A stretch of 64,000 nt of DNA, taken from assembly GCA_050294405.1 (NCBI GenBank), contig JBNKOC010000016.1, positions 32,001 through 96,000 on the forward strand. The letters are read 5' to 3'. Source of the DNA: Fibrobacteria bacterium. GTDB lineage: Bacteria; Fibrobacterota; Fibrobacteria; UBA11236; JADFYW01. Positions 17,360-27,703 of the stretch are shown here, piece after piece. The position numbers and the translations under genes were made by a program. The notes under the pieces are model-generated. The model made no database searches and was not told where the DNA came from. It saw nothing but the letters and a program-made list of their open reading frames with translations. Position 1 is the first letter of the stretch, and the number at the start of each line of letters is the position of its first letter.

Positions 17360-19924
17360 ATGATTAAAAACCGGGGACTAATAATCATCCTTTCTGCTGG
17401 CTTCCTTCTCAAAACCATATTCGGGCAGGACTACGCAGGACTACAAAAAATAGCGCTTGAATTTTACGCCTATCAAAGAGCTGGAATTCAGGATGGAACC
17501 AATCCGCACAATCCTTTTTATAATCAATCTCCTTATCCGCATGCCGGGGATAGCTACAATGGAAATGATATGAGCGGTGGCTGGTATGATGCCGGCGATT
17601 TTGTGAAGTTTGGACTAAACATGGGCTTTGCAGCCTACACTTTATTAAAAGGTTACGATGTTTTTCCCAGAGGTTATGACGATGATTATGGTTTAAGCAA
17701 TACATCAGCCTCAGACGGTATTCCAGATGTATTGAATCAGGCTAAATATGCTACAGATTATTTTCTTAAGGCAGTGGTCAGTAACTCCACAGTTGTGATG
17801 GATATGGGCCAGGCCAGCCAGGAACATGGAGATATAAATCAAAGTGGCTATCAGGCCTCCCAAGCTTTTCCCAATCGTCCAGCCATATTGGCGGATGGAG
17901 CAGATGTTCCTGGATTTTATGCGGCTACATTGGCATTAATGTCTATTGTTTACCGCACCCACGATGCGGCCTATGCGGACCAATGCGTAGCCAAAGCGAA
18001 GCAAGCTTTTGAATTTGGATTAACCCACCGAAAAATTTGTACCCCGCAAACCAAAGCGGGGGCAGCTCTCTATACTTCCAAAGGCTGGGAAGACAAAATG
18101 GCCCTGGCTGCTGTTGAATTGTTTCGGGCCACAGGGGACGCAACTTACATGGAATGGGCTCTGGAATTTCAGCAAAGTGTGAGCTCCCATTATTTTGCAG
18201 TGGGCTATGACCATGTTGGCGATTACTCAGCCTTTGAATTATACAGACAGGGAGTCAATGCCACAGCTGCCTGGATGGCGGATGTAAGCACCATTTTAAA
18301 CAGGCAGGCCACCGGCCCGGCTCTTATTAAAGACGCATATGTACCTTCGGATTGGGGCAATGCCGGTCATGCCGGAAACTCCGCCTTTTCCCTGGCTTTA
18401 GCTTTTTCCTTAAAGGGAAATGACAAATACAAAGATTTTGCATTCCAGCAGGTGGAATGGGTATCAGGAATGGGTTCCTATCCCAGATCCTATGTAATGG
18501 GCTTTAATAGCGGACCTAACAATCCCCACCACCGTAACGATGCGACCATTGGAGGATTAAAGGGTTCTGTTTTATCGGGTCCTGCTCCTGATGGCGCCTT
18601 TGATCCAGCCAATCCGGAAAATTCCAATTGGAACTTTGTGGACGATAGAAACCAATACAAATATACCGAACCGGCCATAAACTACAATGCCGGTCTTATT
18701 GGAGCTTTGGCTTTTATTAAAGATTATACAAATCCGCCAGCGGGCTTAGTGCGTATTTCCTCCCCCATGGTGGTTGTAAAAGATCCACTGGACTTAAACG
18801 AAGGAGCTCAAACTGCAACCGTGGGCTTTGAATCGGCTCAAAACTGGACGGTTCAATTTTTGGGAGAAGTGAGCGGTGCATACAAAAATTACACCGGAAC
18901 AGGAGCATCAGCCTCTGTAACATGGGACGGCACATCTGATGAAGGTTCTTTTGTTGCTGGTGAAAAAGTAGTGGTTAAAGTGGTAAGTGACTTGATAGCC
19001 AGTTATCATCAGGAAATAAGCCGCACTTCATTTTTCTTGTCCAGTACGTTAAAACAGCCTTTTACCGCAGCTGATATTCTCCTTTCCGATTTTAATGATG
19101 GCGCATTGGCCAATACCCTCGGCGGAGCCTGGGAAACCTTTGATGACAAGGTTTTGGGCGGGGCATCATATGTGAGCCCTTCAACCTTAACAGAGGCTAA
19201 CTCTATTACTGCCGCCGGTGAAAGCGAAACAAAAGGCTTAAAAGTAAGGCTTATCGGCAAAGCCGGGGTGGAACATCCCCATGCCGGTATTCGCACGACC
19301 TTTAATGCTACTGGCGCCCCCATGGCCTTGGGCGGCTTTACCAGCGTGGTATTTGATATACAACCTGCAACGGTGGATGCTGTTTTATATGTCGAGTTTG
19401 AACAACCCAGTGTCACTGATGGGGCATACCCCGGAGTGGCCATACCATTAACATCTACCAATTGGTCGCGGATTCGTTTGCCCGTTTCTGTTTTTCAACA
19501 GCCCGATTGGAAAACAACCGCTGTAAATTTAAATCGAAATGAAGTGACCGCCTTAAGATTTACATATTACGGTGAAAGCAACGTATCTTTCACTCTCGAC
19601 AATGTTCATATTGAAAACATGGTTCCCGGACAAGTTATTTCTGTGGAAGAGCCCAGCCGTAAACTTTTAGACAATCGTAAATTCCGTTTTGCCAACGGCT
19701 CCCTGCAATTCGAAATGGGAGGGAAATACGACAGAGCTCAAGCGAATTTGAAGTTGATGGATTTAAAAGGCCAACTGGCTTACGAATCACTACTATCATT
19801 TGATAGAAACGGAAATGTTGCTTTTGCACTTCCCGAGCAATTGTCAAAAGGTATTTATTTTTTCAGTTTGGGAAACAATCTTTCCGAAAGAATGTATTCT
19901 GGAAAAATTGTTATTTCTCAATAA
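17360..19924 (+). CDS. GH9 endoglucanase with beta module, CBM11/CIA30-like module and sorting domain
   Basis: GGWYDAGDFVKF, NPHHR and DDRNQYKYTEPAINYNA are GH9 signatures; LLSDFNDG..NTLGGAW...QPDW is the CBM-like module. Confidence 0.93.
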   Translation: MIKNRGLIIILSAGFLLKTIFGQDYAGLQKIALEFYAYQRAGIQDGTNPHNPFYNQSPYPHAGDSYNGNDMSGGWYDAGDFVKFGLNMGFAAYTLLKGYDVFPRGYDDDYGLSNTSASDGIPDVLNQAKYATDYFLKAVVSNSTVVMDMGQASQEHGDINQSGYQASQAFPNRPAILADGADVPGFYAATLALMSIVYRTHDAAYADQCVAKAKQAFEFGLTHRKICTPQTKAGAALYTSKGWEDKMALAAVELFRATGDATYMEWALEFQQSVSSHYFAVGYDHVGDYSAFELYRQGVNATAAWMADVSTILNRQATGPALIKDAYVPSDWGNAGHAGNSAFSLALAFSLKGNDKYKDFAFQQVEWVSGMGSYPRSYVMGFNSGPNNPHHRNDATIGGLKGSVLSGPAPDGAFDPANPENSNWNFVDDRNQYKYTEPAINYNAGLIGALAFIKDYTNPPAGLVRISSPMVVVKDPLDLNEGAQTATVGFESAQNWTVQFLGEVSGAYKNYTGTGASASVTWDGTSDEGSFVAGEKVVVKVVSDLIASYHQEISRTSFFLSSTLKQPFTAADILLSDFNDGALANTLGGAWETFDDKVLGGASYVSPSTLTEANSITAAGESETKGLKVRLIGKAGVEHPHAGIRTTFNATGAPMALGGFTSVVFDIQPATVDAVLYVEFEQPSVTDGAYPGVAIPLTSTNWSRIRLPVSVFQQPDWKTTAVNLNRNEVTALRFTYYGESNVSFTLDNVHIENMVPGQVISVEEPSRKLLDNRKFRFANGSLQFEMGGKYDRAQANLKLMDLKGQLAYESLLSFDRNGNVAFALPEQLSKGIYFFSLGNNLSERMYSGKIVISQ

Positions 19925-19951
19925 TCGAATCACTTTTAACCCCCCGGTATT

Positions 19952-22414
19952 ATGTCAAATTACGGATATTTTGATGATGAAAACAGAGAGTACGTTGTAA
20001 CCAATCCAAAAACTCCTGTTAAATGGATAAATTATTTAGGGACACTTGAGTTTGGTGGAATTATCGATCAAACCGGTGGCGCACTGCTATGTAAAGGTGA
20101 TCCAGCCCTCAACCGAATCTTAAAATATATTCCTCAACTGCCCGCCAGTGATTTTAAAGGGCAGACCATGTATTTGAGAGTTGAAAATGAAAATGGCTAC
20201 GAGTTGCTGGCCCCGTTTTTTGTGCCTGTTTTAAAGGAACCCGACAGCTACCAATGCAGAGTGGGTTTGGGTTATAACAGATACATATCGGATTTTTCCG
20301 GTTTGATTTGTGATGTTACTGTATTTGTGCCCCGTGGAAAGGCTGTGGAAATTTCAAAAGTCCGTATTGAAAATAATTCGGGAAAAAGTCTTAAAGTGGA
20401 TGTTATCCCCGTTTCCGAGTTTACCCATTTTGACGCCCTAAAGCAGTTTAACAATGCAGACTGGGTTCCCCAAACCATGGAATCCCGCGCCTACTGGGAA
20501 AAAGACGGCAAACTGATTTTAACCCAATGCGCCTTTATGCAGATTAATAGGCAGATGAACTATACATCAGCCAATATTCCCGCTCAATCCTTTGAAACAG
20601 ATAGAAAAAACTTTTTAGGTAATAATGAGTACGGCTCTTTTAAGGAACCTTTGAGTTTATTGTCGGAAAAATTATCAAATACCCAAGCCAACAGAGGCGA
20701 TAACATACATGCCACTTTGTATGAATTAGGTGAGATTAAATCCGGGGAATCCCGGGAAATGGTTTTTCTGTTGGGCCAGGAACAAAACTTGGATAAAATC
20801 AAAGCCTCTGTGGCTGAATTCCAAAGTTTGGAAAGCGTTAACGCAGCTTTAAAAGAGTTGAAAGACTGGTGGGAAAACTTTCTCAGTTCCATGCATGTGG
20901 AAACATCCGATGCCATGTTTAACTCCATGATAAATATTCATAACCCCCGGCAATGTTATATCACCAAAAATTGGTCCCGTTATTTAAGTCTTTATCAATT
21001 GGGCCTCGGCGCGCGCGGCATAGGCTACAGGGACAGCTCTCAGGATGTTATGGGAGTTATGGACAGAATTCCAGAAGAAGCCATGCAGTTGGTCAGTAAA
21101 ATTATTAGCGTGCAAAAAAGAGACGGTTCAGCTATGCACCAGTTCAATCCTCTTAGCATGGTGGCCAATGAAGGTGATTCCAGAGAAGAAAAGGACAGGC
21201 CAAAATACTATGGCGATGACCACCTTTGGCCCGTTATTAGCATTTGTCAATATGTAAAAGAAACAGGCGATGTTTCTATTCTGGACTCTGAAGTTCCTTT
21301 TTACGACAAGGATGATAACAAGCAGTTTATTGAAAAAGGCCCCGTAAAGGAACATCTTTTCAGAGCTTTGGATTTCAGCTGGAAAAACCGGGGCAAAAAT
21401 GGAATTCCTTTATTGGGATTTGCTGATTGGAACGATTCGGTGAATTTGCCCACAGGAGCTCAGTCCTTTTTTGTGGCCTCCCTTTTTGGGAAGGCATTGT
21501 ATGAGCTAATAGGACTTTGTGAATCTATGGGTTGGGAAGAGGAAACGAATAAGTACCAGGGCATATATAACGAACTCCAAAAAATCTTTAATGAAGAAGC
21601 CTGGGATGGAGCTTGGTTTCGCAGATACATTGATTGGAATGGTAAACTAATTGGGTCCAAATCCAATACTATGGGCCAGATATATTGCAACGGACAGTCC
21701 TGGCCGGTTTTGGCGGGTTTCCCTCCCAAAGAAAAGGCCGAAACAGCTCTCGATTCATTGAGAGAAAGGCTAAATACCAAATACGGCATAAAACTCAGCA
21801 CACCTGGTTACAATGGTTTTGATCCCAATATTGGTGGGGTAACCACTTATCCTCCAGGAGCCAAAGAAAATGGCGGAATTTTCCTCCATTCCAACCCCTG
21901 GGTGATTATTGCTGAATGTATTTTGGGCCGTGGCGACAGGGCTTATGAATATTACAGCCAAATAAATCCCGCTCAGAAAAACGACATGATTGATATTTTT
22001 GAAGTAGAGCCTTATGTGTACCCCCAAAATATTTTAGGGGACGAGCATCCACAGTTTGGCTTAGGACGTAATTCTTGGTTATCCGGTACTTCCGCCTGGA
22101 TGTATGTGGCTGCCACTCAGTATATTTTGGGAATAAGGCCCCATTATAATCAGCTTATAATTGACCCTTGCATTCCTAAAGAATGGGATTCCTTTAAAGT
22201 TATGCGAAAATGGAGAGGAATAACCTTTAATATCACAGTTCAAAATCCTCAGAAAGTATCCAGTGGAGTTACCAGCATTCAGTTGAATGGGCAAACTATT
22301 CCGGATTGGATATCGCTGGAAGGTTTGCCTGAAACCTGTGATGTTGTGGTGACTTTGGGAGAGGGGGGGAGACGTCATACCCCCATTAAAGAAAGCCTGA
22401 GCCAACTGGCTTAA
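19952..22414 (+). CDS. GH94 cellobiose/cellodextrin phosphorylase
   Basis: YGYFDDENREYVVT, GIGYRDSSQD, ADWNDSVNL (catalytic Asp), KENGGIFLHSNPW and SWLSGTSAW; no signal peptide. Confidence 0.92.
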   Translation: MSNYGYFDDENREYVVTNPKTPVKWINYLGTLEFGGIIDQTGGALLCKGDPALNRILKYIPQLPASDFKGQTMYLRVENENGYELLAPFFVPVLKEPDSYQCRVGLGYNRYISDFSGLICDVTVFVPRGKAVEISKVRIENNSGKSLKVDVIPVSEFTHFDALKQFNNADWVPQTMESRAYWEKDGKLILTQCAFMQINRQMNYTSANIPAQSFETDRKNFLGNNEYGSFKEPLSLLSEKLSNTQANRGDNIHATLYELGEIKSGESREMVFLLGQEQNLDKIKASVAEFQSLESVNAALKELKDWWENFLSSMHVETSDAMFNSMINIHNPRQCYITKNWSRYLSLYQLGLGARGIGYRDSSQDVMGVMDRIPEEAMQLVSKIISVQKRDGSAMHQFNPLSMVANEGDSREEKDRPKYYGDDHLWPVISICQYVKETGDVSILDSEVPFYDKDDNKQFIEKGPVKEHLFRALDFSWKNRGKNGIPLLGFADWNDSVNLPTGAQSFFVASLFGKALYELIGLCESMGWEEETNKYQGIYNELQKIFNEEAWDGAWFRRYIDWNGKLIGSKSNTMGQIYCNGQSWPVLAGFPPKEKAETALDSLRERLNTKYGIKLSTPGYNGFDPNIGGVTTYPPGAKENGGIFLHSNPWVIIAECILGRGDRAYEYYSQINPAQKNDMIDIFEVEPYVYPQNILGDEHPQFGLGRNSWLSGTSAWMYVAATQYILGIRPHYNQLIIDPCIPKEWDSFKVMRKWRGITFNITVQNPQKVSSGVTSIQLNGQTIPDWISLEGLPETCDVVVTLGEGGRRHTPIKESLSQLA

Positions 22415-22427
22415 TTCCAATTTTTTT

Positions 22428-22463
22428 AAAAGTCCGGGAGTATTTTGCTTCCGGACTTTTTTT
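22428..22463 (+). terminator. Intrinsic terminator (possibly bidirectional)
   Basis: AAAAGTCCGGGAGTA-TTT-TGCTTCCGGACTTTTTTT between convergent genes. Confidence 0.85.
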
Positions 22464-22689
22464 ATGCGATTTAAAATGCGGGCAGGGTATTTTCTTAATT
22501 GGCTTTTGCTTTTTTGATCTGAATATATGTGGGGGTTTTTGGGCTTAAATTAAAAGCATGCGCTGTAAAAATAGGGTTAGTCAGCTTAATTTTTTCAAGG
22601 CAGGCTAATCTTTCAAAATGAGAATAGCTGTCTAAATAATTTAAAAGCTGAATTAATAAACGAAATGACTAACTAAAGATGGAGCTAGG

Positions 22690-24867
22690 CTACCGCAAAG
22701 ACTTGGCGCCTTGCATATCGCCTTTAGCTTCCAAGGCTCTTTGATAGCTTTGGACAACATTTCTGCGCAAGCTATCCTGAGTGTTTACCAGGTTATCCAG
22801 ACTGGATTTGAAGTACTTTATGGCCTGGTCGTAATTCTGCTCCTGCATGTATATCAGCCCCACACGATGCATTAAACTGGGCACCCGGTAGTGATTGGGA
22901 TACTTTCTGATGTAGCGCAAATAATATTCAGCGGCTTTAACAGGATTGTCCTTGATTTCCAGCTCGGCAAGACGCAACCAACTTTCACCTGTGAAAATGC
23001 CTTTGGGGTAATTTTTTAAATAGTTTTCAAATGCTTTTTTGGACTCCAAAGGACTGCGGAAGTGTTTGGCTTTAAGGCGGGCAAGGCTGAAATGGGCGTT
23101 TTCTTTTTCAATGGCGCTGCTTTTTGAGGCAGTTATAATATGCTGGTAAATGGCCGCAGCTTCCTTCCAGCTTTTATTTTCCAGTAAATTGGCCTTAACA
23201 AGCATCTCGCTGATGCTGCTTTTGGGCTCAACCTTTTTGACTGGCGCTTCGATAGGTTCCACCACTTCCACTTTTTCTTCTTTTGCCGGAAGGAGCTTGG
23301 GTTTGGCTCTGGCAACTCTGGTGGCTTGTTTTTCCGGCTGAGATTCCAGATAAACCATAGCGTTGTCTTCGGATAAGAAAATGGTGGTGTCTTTTGTGAT
23401 ATATCCGTCTTTTTGAATCACTACCTGATATTTGCCCTGAGGTTGCAGGGCTGCCAAAGGAGCAACTCCCATTTTAAGGCCATTCAGATATATAACAGCG
23501 CCGTCGATGTTAGTGCTGATCTTAAGAGAAGCGTAGTTCTCCAATTTATCCACTGAAGGAGGCTTGGCGATAGCCTCTCTGGAAACTTTGTCTCCATTTT
23601 CCAGAATAACATAGCGACCTTGTTTAATATCGAAATAAAAGGACTGCCCGGCTTTAACTTCTAAAACCTCGTTATCGTGGGTGGCTATTTCCACTTTGCC
23701 TTCCAGAACTTTGGTGCTGAATTTTCCGGGAGCGGATTCCTGCATTTCAAAGTAAGTGCCTAAAACCCGAACCTCGTAATCGGGTGTATGTATTTTGTAC
23801 TGCCCCTTTATGGAAGATTTAGTCACAAAGAATTTAGCGCTTTGTTCGCCTTTCTTGGAAAGAGGGTCTAACTTGTAGGCCACATTCTTCCTATTGGCAG
23901 ATAAAATGGAAAGTTTAGAACCGTTTTCCAGCTCAACAAAACCACGCTGGTTGACCAAAGTTAAACTGGTGTTCTTTTTAGATTCGATTTGGCTGCCTGG
24001 ATAATAGGTCTTTTTTAAATCTTCTTTAATTTCGCCCTGGCTTTTGTAAACCAAAGTGGGCAAGTCTCTATAGTCGTCTTTATAGGCATCCCAGCTGTAC
24101 CAGCCGATGGCGCTTACAAGCAGCACCACCACCAGAGATTTTACCACTGGATTCAGAGCTCCAAACCAGCCCAAGCCAAGCCAGGTAGAAGCAGGAGAAA
24201 TTTTTTCCAGCTTTTCTTTGCGCTCAATGCGGGCCATGATGTTTTCTTCCACATCTTCAAAGGCTTCCAGGGATAAATGTTCATCCCGCTTTAAAACAGC
24301 TTCCCAGGGCTCTAGCTTATCCACGGCATCCATCATAGCTTGCAACCTGTCGGGGCTGCCAATTTCAGGAAGAACATGTTCAGAATCGTCGGATTCCAAA
24401 ATTTGTTCCCAACTGTCCTTGGACTGTTCTTCTTCAATGCGGTTTAAAAGCTTTTCTTCAATGCGCTCCCAGTCGCCCTGGCCGAGCATTTCCTGGGATT
24501 TGATAACGCTTTCCCAGTCTTCCAATTCCTGAACTTTTAATATATCCGATTCAATTTTATCCTGCAGTCTCTCCCATTGGGCGTCGGGCAAATCCTCTTT
24601 GCGGGATATGTATTCGCCTATGGTCTCGTCGTATTCCTGGTACTCAGTAATCTGGTGGAATAATTTGTTTTCCAGACTGTCCCAATCCACATGTTGATCA
24701 TTAACATGAACCTTAAGTTCCAAAAGAGGGTCCACGCTGTTTAATTTTTCAATACGGTCAAAAAGACGCTGCTCCATTTGGGCGTAATTAATATGGCCAT
24801 CTGAAAGCTCTGCGCGGAGCCCTTCCAGGAACTGCTGCCATTCTAAATTTTTGTCTTCTTCACCCAT
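22690..24867 (-). CDS. FecR-like anti-sigma factor: N-terminal helical repeats, TM helix, FecR domain, PEGA domain, TPR repeats
   Basis: TM helix VVKSLVVVLLVSAIGWYSW; IHTPDYEVRVLGTYF..KVLEGKVEI (FecR); ISTNIDGAVIYLNG..GVAPL (PEGA); YLKNYPKG and YIRKYPNH (TPRs). Directly downstream of the ECF sigma gene. Confidence 0.82.
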   Translation of the reverse strand: MGEEDKNLEWQQFLEGLRAELSDGHINYAQMEQRLFDRIEKLNSVDPLLELKVHVNDQHVDWDSLENKLFHQITEYQEYDETIGEYISRKEDLPDAQWERLQDKIESDILKVQELEDWESVIKSQEMLGQGDWERIEEKLLNRIEEEQSKDSWEQILESDDSEHVLPEIGSPDRLQAMMDAVDKLEPWEAVLKRDEHLSLEAFEDVEENIMARIERKEKLEKISPASTWLGLGWFGALNPVVKSLVVVLLVSAIGWYSWDAYKDDYRDLPTLVYKSQGEIKEDLKKTYYPGSQIESKKNTSLTLVNQRGFVELENGSKLSILSANRKNVAYKLDPLSKKGEQSAKFFVTKSSIKGQYKIHTPDYEVRVLGTYFEMQESAPGKFSTKVLEGKVEIATHDNEVLEVKAGQSFYFDIKQGRYVILENGDKVSREAIAKPPSVDKLENYASLKISTNIDGAVIYLNGLKMGVAPLAALQPQGKYQVVIQKDGYITKDTTIFLSEDNAMVYLESQPEKQATRVARAKPKLLPAKEEKVEVVEPIEAPVKKVEPKSSISEMLVKANLLENKSWKEAAAIYQHIITASKSSAIEKENAHFSLARLKAKHFRSPLESKKAFENYLKNYPKGIFTGESWLRLAELEIKDNPVKAAEYYLRYIRKYPNHYRVPSLMHRVGLIYMQEQNYDQAIKYFKSSLDNLVNTQDSLRRNVVQSYQRALEAKGDMQGAKSLR

Positions 24868-24917
24868 TTTATTCTATTAAATTAAAAACTCGTTTTCTGT
24901 TTGTTTAAACTGCGACC

Positions 24918-25484
24918 TCAAGAATCCACAGAATCCAGGTACTCCCTGATTTTTTTTCTGGCTGTAAATAATCTGCTTTTTACGGAACCCTCCGGAATGC
25001 TTAAAATCCCGGCTATTTCGTTTAAATCCAATTCACTATATATGTTAAGCACTACAGGAATACGCAGGCGGTCATCCAAAGTATCCAGCGCTTTTTCAAC
25101 TAAATTTTTCAATTCGTAATTTTTTCCATGGCTCATGCCCCTGTGTGCAATTTCATATTCCAAATCATCCATGGAGGTGGTTTGGTTCGGGGAAATACGC
25201 TTGGCTGCCTGTTGACGACGCCAGTGAGCCGTACATGTGTTAATCACCACTCGGTGAAACCAGGTTTTAAAGGAGGAGTCGCCCTGAAAAGTTTTTAAAG
25301 ACAGATAAATCTGGAAAAAGACTTCCTGCAGCAAATCTTCATGCTCACCTTTATGTCCGGTGATTTTGTAAATCAAATTATATGCGTAACTGCGATACAT
25401 TCTAAAGATTTCCTTGAACGCTGCCTGGTTCCCCGATTTTGCTTGTTCTATTAACTCCGTTGTTTGATCGAACTCTGGTTTCAT
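24918..25484 (-). CDS. ECF RNA polymerase sigma-70 factor
   Basis: EDLLQEVFFQIY, FQGDSSFKTWFHRVVIN (region 2); LNEIAGILSIPEGSVKSRLFTARKK (region 4). Confidence 0.95.
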   Translation of the reverse strand: MKPEFDQTTELIEQAKSGNQAAFKEIFRMYRSYAYNLIYKITGHKGEHEDLLQEVFFQIYLSLKTFQGDSSFKTWFHRVVINTCTAHWRRQQAAKRISPNQTTSMDDLEYEIAHRGMSHGKNYELKNLVEKALDTLDDRLRIPVVLNIYSELDLNEIAGILSIPEGSVKSRLFTARKKIREYLDSVDS

Positions 25485-25515
25485 AGATCTATTCCCCTAA
25501 GTGATGCTATTAAGA

Positions 25516-25543
25516 TTAGTATGATTCAATGGATAAAAGTTCA
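25516..25543 (-). promoter_or_regulatory. Putative autoregulatory ECF promoter TGAACTT-N16-ACTAA
   Basis: Minus strand reads TGAACTTTTATCCATTGAATCATACTAAT, ending 31 nt before the sigma ATG. Confidence 0.7.
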
Positions 25544-25622
25544 AATTAATCATCGAAAGCTGAAAACATTAAAATAAACGCTGAAAATTTACTATTATTA
25601 TTCGAAGATGGACCTTATTGGT

Positions 25623-26540
25623 CTAAAAACTGAAGGAAAACCCCAAAGTTAGCAAGGAAAGGCCTGCTGCGCTCATCCACATTCTTTCCCAAAACTGGGC
25701 TTTATGGAACAATTCGGAGAATTTTTCCGGCCGATTGGTATAGTCATTTTCATTTAAAGCGGAATATTGATTGTAATAGTACTCCTGCATATAATAGCTT
25801 CCCAGTCCAGCTAAAATAAAGCCCGCTAGAGGATACATGGCTTTGGAATGGTAAAATCGCTTTTTTTTGAGTTTAATAATGTGTTTATGATATCCGGGCA
25901 CCATCAGATTTAATTTTTCCTCATAAGGCAAATAGCCTTTTTCATCGCTCTTTATGTGAATTTCTCCCAAAGGTATCACCAGTTCCATGGGAGTTGCCCC
26001 TTTGTAGCCGTTTTTAAGAGAAAAATTAACCTTTGCAGGTTCCGATTCGATGGCCAGATGGCAGACATATTGGTCGCGCAGGTTTTCTGCAATTTTTTCA
26101 GCCAGGATGTTCAAAGCTGCGGGGCTGGCTTCCAGTTCCAATTCGGCCAGTGGCCGTCTGAACCCTTCTCGCTCCATTTTGACTTTGCTAGCCCTGGAGG
26201 CTTCAATAACTCCAGCAACCAGATTGTAGCTATAGCTAAAGAGGCTGTCTGTTTCATTTTCTAGCTGCCTATCGTACTTTATGGCAATGATTTTATCTGA
26301 ATTTAGAAAGCCAGTCCCCTGAAGCTCCTGCCAGTCATTAAGGGCCAGGCAATAGCCTAATTGCAAAACACGGGGTTTTAGCTTTTCAAATAACTCCTTG
26401 GATATCTTTAGAGAGGCTGAATCTGTGTCGCTTCCTTTTATTAAAATCAATTTGGAGTGCTCCACAGGACAATCTCCAAAAGAGGGGCCAAGATTTGCCC
26501 CCAAAGTAAAAAGAAAAATACAAAGCTTAAATTTATTCAT
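25623..26540 (-). CDS. Exported PEGA-domain protein with hydrophobic C-terminal segments
   Basis: Signal peptide; LAIESEPAKV...GATPMELVIPLGEIHI..KGYLPY (PEGA); ends in LGFSFSF. Confidence 0.65.
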   Translation of the reverse strand: MNKFKLCIFLFTLGANLGPSFGDCPVEHSKLILIKGSDTDSASLKISKELFEKLKPRVLQLGYCLALNDWQELQGTGFLNSDKIIAIKYDRQLENETDSLFSYSYNLVAGVIEASRASKVKMEREGFRRPLAELELEASPAALNILAEKIAENLRDQYVCHLAIESEPAKVNFSLKNGYKGATPMELVIPLGEIHIKSDEKGYLPYEEKLNLMVPGYHKHIIKLKKKRFYHSKAMYPLAGFILAGLGSYYMQEYYYNQYSALNENDYTNRPEKFSELFHKAQFWERMWMSAAGLSLLTLGFSFSF

Positions 26541-26557
26541 ACACCAGGTTTTGCACC

Positions 26558-27694
26558 TTAGTGTAAATTAAACCATTTTAGCTGGGTTGTGGTCCCCTGA
26601 TTTGAAATTTTCACCTTATAAATTCCCTGGGGCAATTGGGGAAGACCCAGGTTTGAAGTGGGAGCTGCGGTTTGACTGTAAACACTTTGGCCCCGCAAAT
26701 TAAATATTTCCAATTCAAGGCTCCCTTTTATGGAGGCAGGAATGGAAAGGCTGTTTTTATAGATGTGAAACTCGCTCTTGGAAACCGATTTTAACAAGCT
26801 AACAGGAGGGGTGGAAAGAGTTCTGGCGTATTCGGCTAAATCCGCATTGCCCACTTCCATGGTTAAATCCTCGGGGAGTTTTTTGGGCAACCACTTTACC
26901 GTCCAGTTTAAGCTATCTCCAGGCTGCAATGTGGTATAAGGGCCCTGTTGCTCCATTTCCTGGTAATCCCGGGCAGGAGAAATATATAGTTCGATTTCAT
27001 TTTCTCCTGGAGCTTTGGCAGATACGGGGCTGTCTTCAAATTTTTTAAGGACGATGTATCTGGTATTGGATACATGGCATAGCCAGCCTTCGCTGCCGTC
27101 GTCAAATAATTTAGGAGTGCCACCGGGTACGCTATTGCTGTCGTATTTGTACCAGCTAACCCCTTCGGCATCCAAAATTTGTTGAGACAGATCCCCGGTT
27201 TTTGTGTCTTCGCCACTGGGGTAAAAAATCATTCCCCCGGAGGCAAAGCGGGTGATTTCCCAGGGCGCTGCCTGCTTCTGGGAAGTGGAGACATTTACAA
27301 TGCTATAAGTAATATCAAAACTTGTATCGCTTAAGGAGGCTTTAAAGCTTTTTACAAATTTAAACCCAGTAGCGTTGTCTTCGGCACTCTCTATGATATG
27401 CCCATCGTCAGTGGCTTGTTCTGTATAAGGGCCTTTATCCAGGGCCTGGGGTGGGGGCCAGTTCCAGGTAGATTGGGGGCTTGTCCAAAAGGTGGAGCCC
27501 CAGTTTTCGACATTTTCATTGATAAATAAAAGCTCAGTGCCTTCCCAGGTAAGGGAAGAAATACGGCCACCCATTTCCGGGCGAACGCTGAGAACAGCCG
27601 GGCCGCTTTCCAGGGTGAATTCTGCAAAGCTGGAAAAGGCCATAAATAAAAAGCAGGATAAAAATATTTTTAGCTTTGGGTTTGATTTCTTCAT
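26558..27694 (-). CDS. Secreted DUF4380 / galactose-mutarotase-like protein with C-terminal sorting domain
   Basis: PEMGGRISSL, NWGSTFWTSPQSTWNWPPP, APWEITR and YQEMEQQGPY; CTD with IFNLRGQ..QGIYKVKI. Start moved to ATG 27694 (MKKSNP). Confidence 0.7.
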   Translation of the reverse strand: MKKSNPKLKIFLSCFLFMAFSSFAEFTLESGPAVLSVRPEMGGRISSLTWEGTELLFINENVENWGSTFWTSPQSTWNWPPPQALDKGPYTEQATDDGHIIESAEDNATGFKFVKSFKASLSDTSFDITYSIVNVSTSQKQAAPWEITRFASGGMIFYPSGEDTKTGDLSQQILDAEGVSWYKYDSNSVPGGTPKLFDDGSEGWLCHVSNTRYIVLKKFEDSPVSAKAPGENEIELYISPARDYQEMEQQGPYTTLQPGDSLNWTVKWLPKKLPEDLTMEVGNADLAEYARTLSTPPVSLLKSVSKSEFHIYKNSLSIPASIKGSLELEIFNLRGQSVYSQTAAPTSNLGLPQLPQGIYKVKISNQGTTTQLKWFNLH

Positions 27695-27703
27695 AATGAA
27701 AAT

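Noticed and set aside
22649..22676. TGAATTA-N16-ACTAA as a further ECF promoter, antisense to the anti-sigma gene
   Set aside because: Lacks the AAC core shared by all six accepted copies and precedes no gene.
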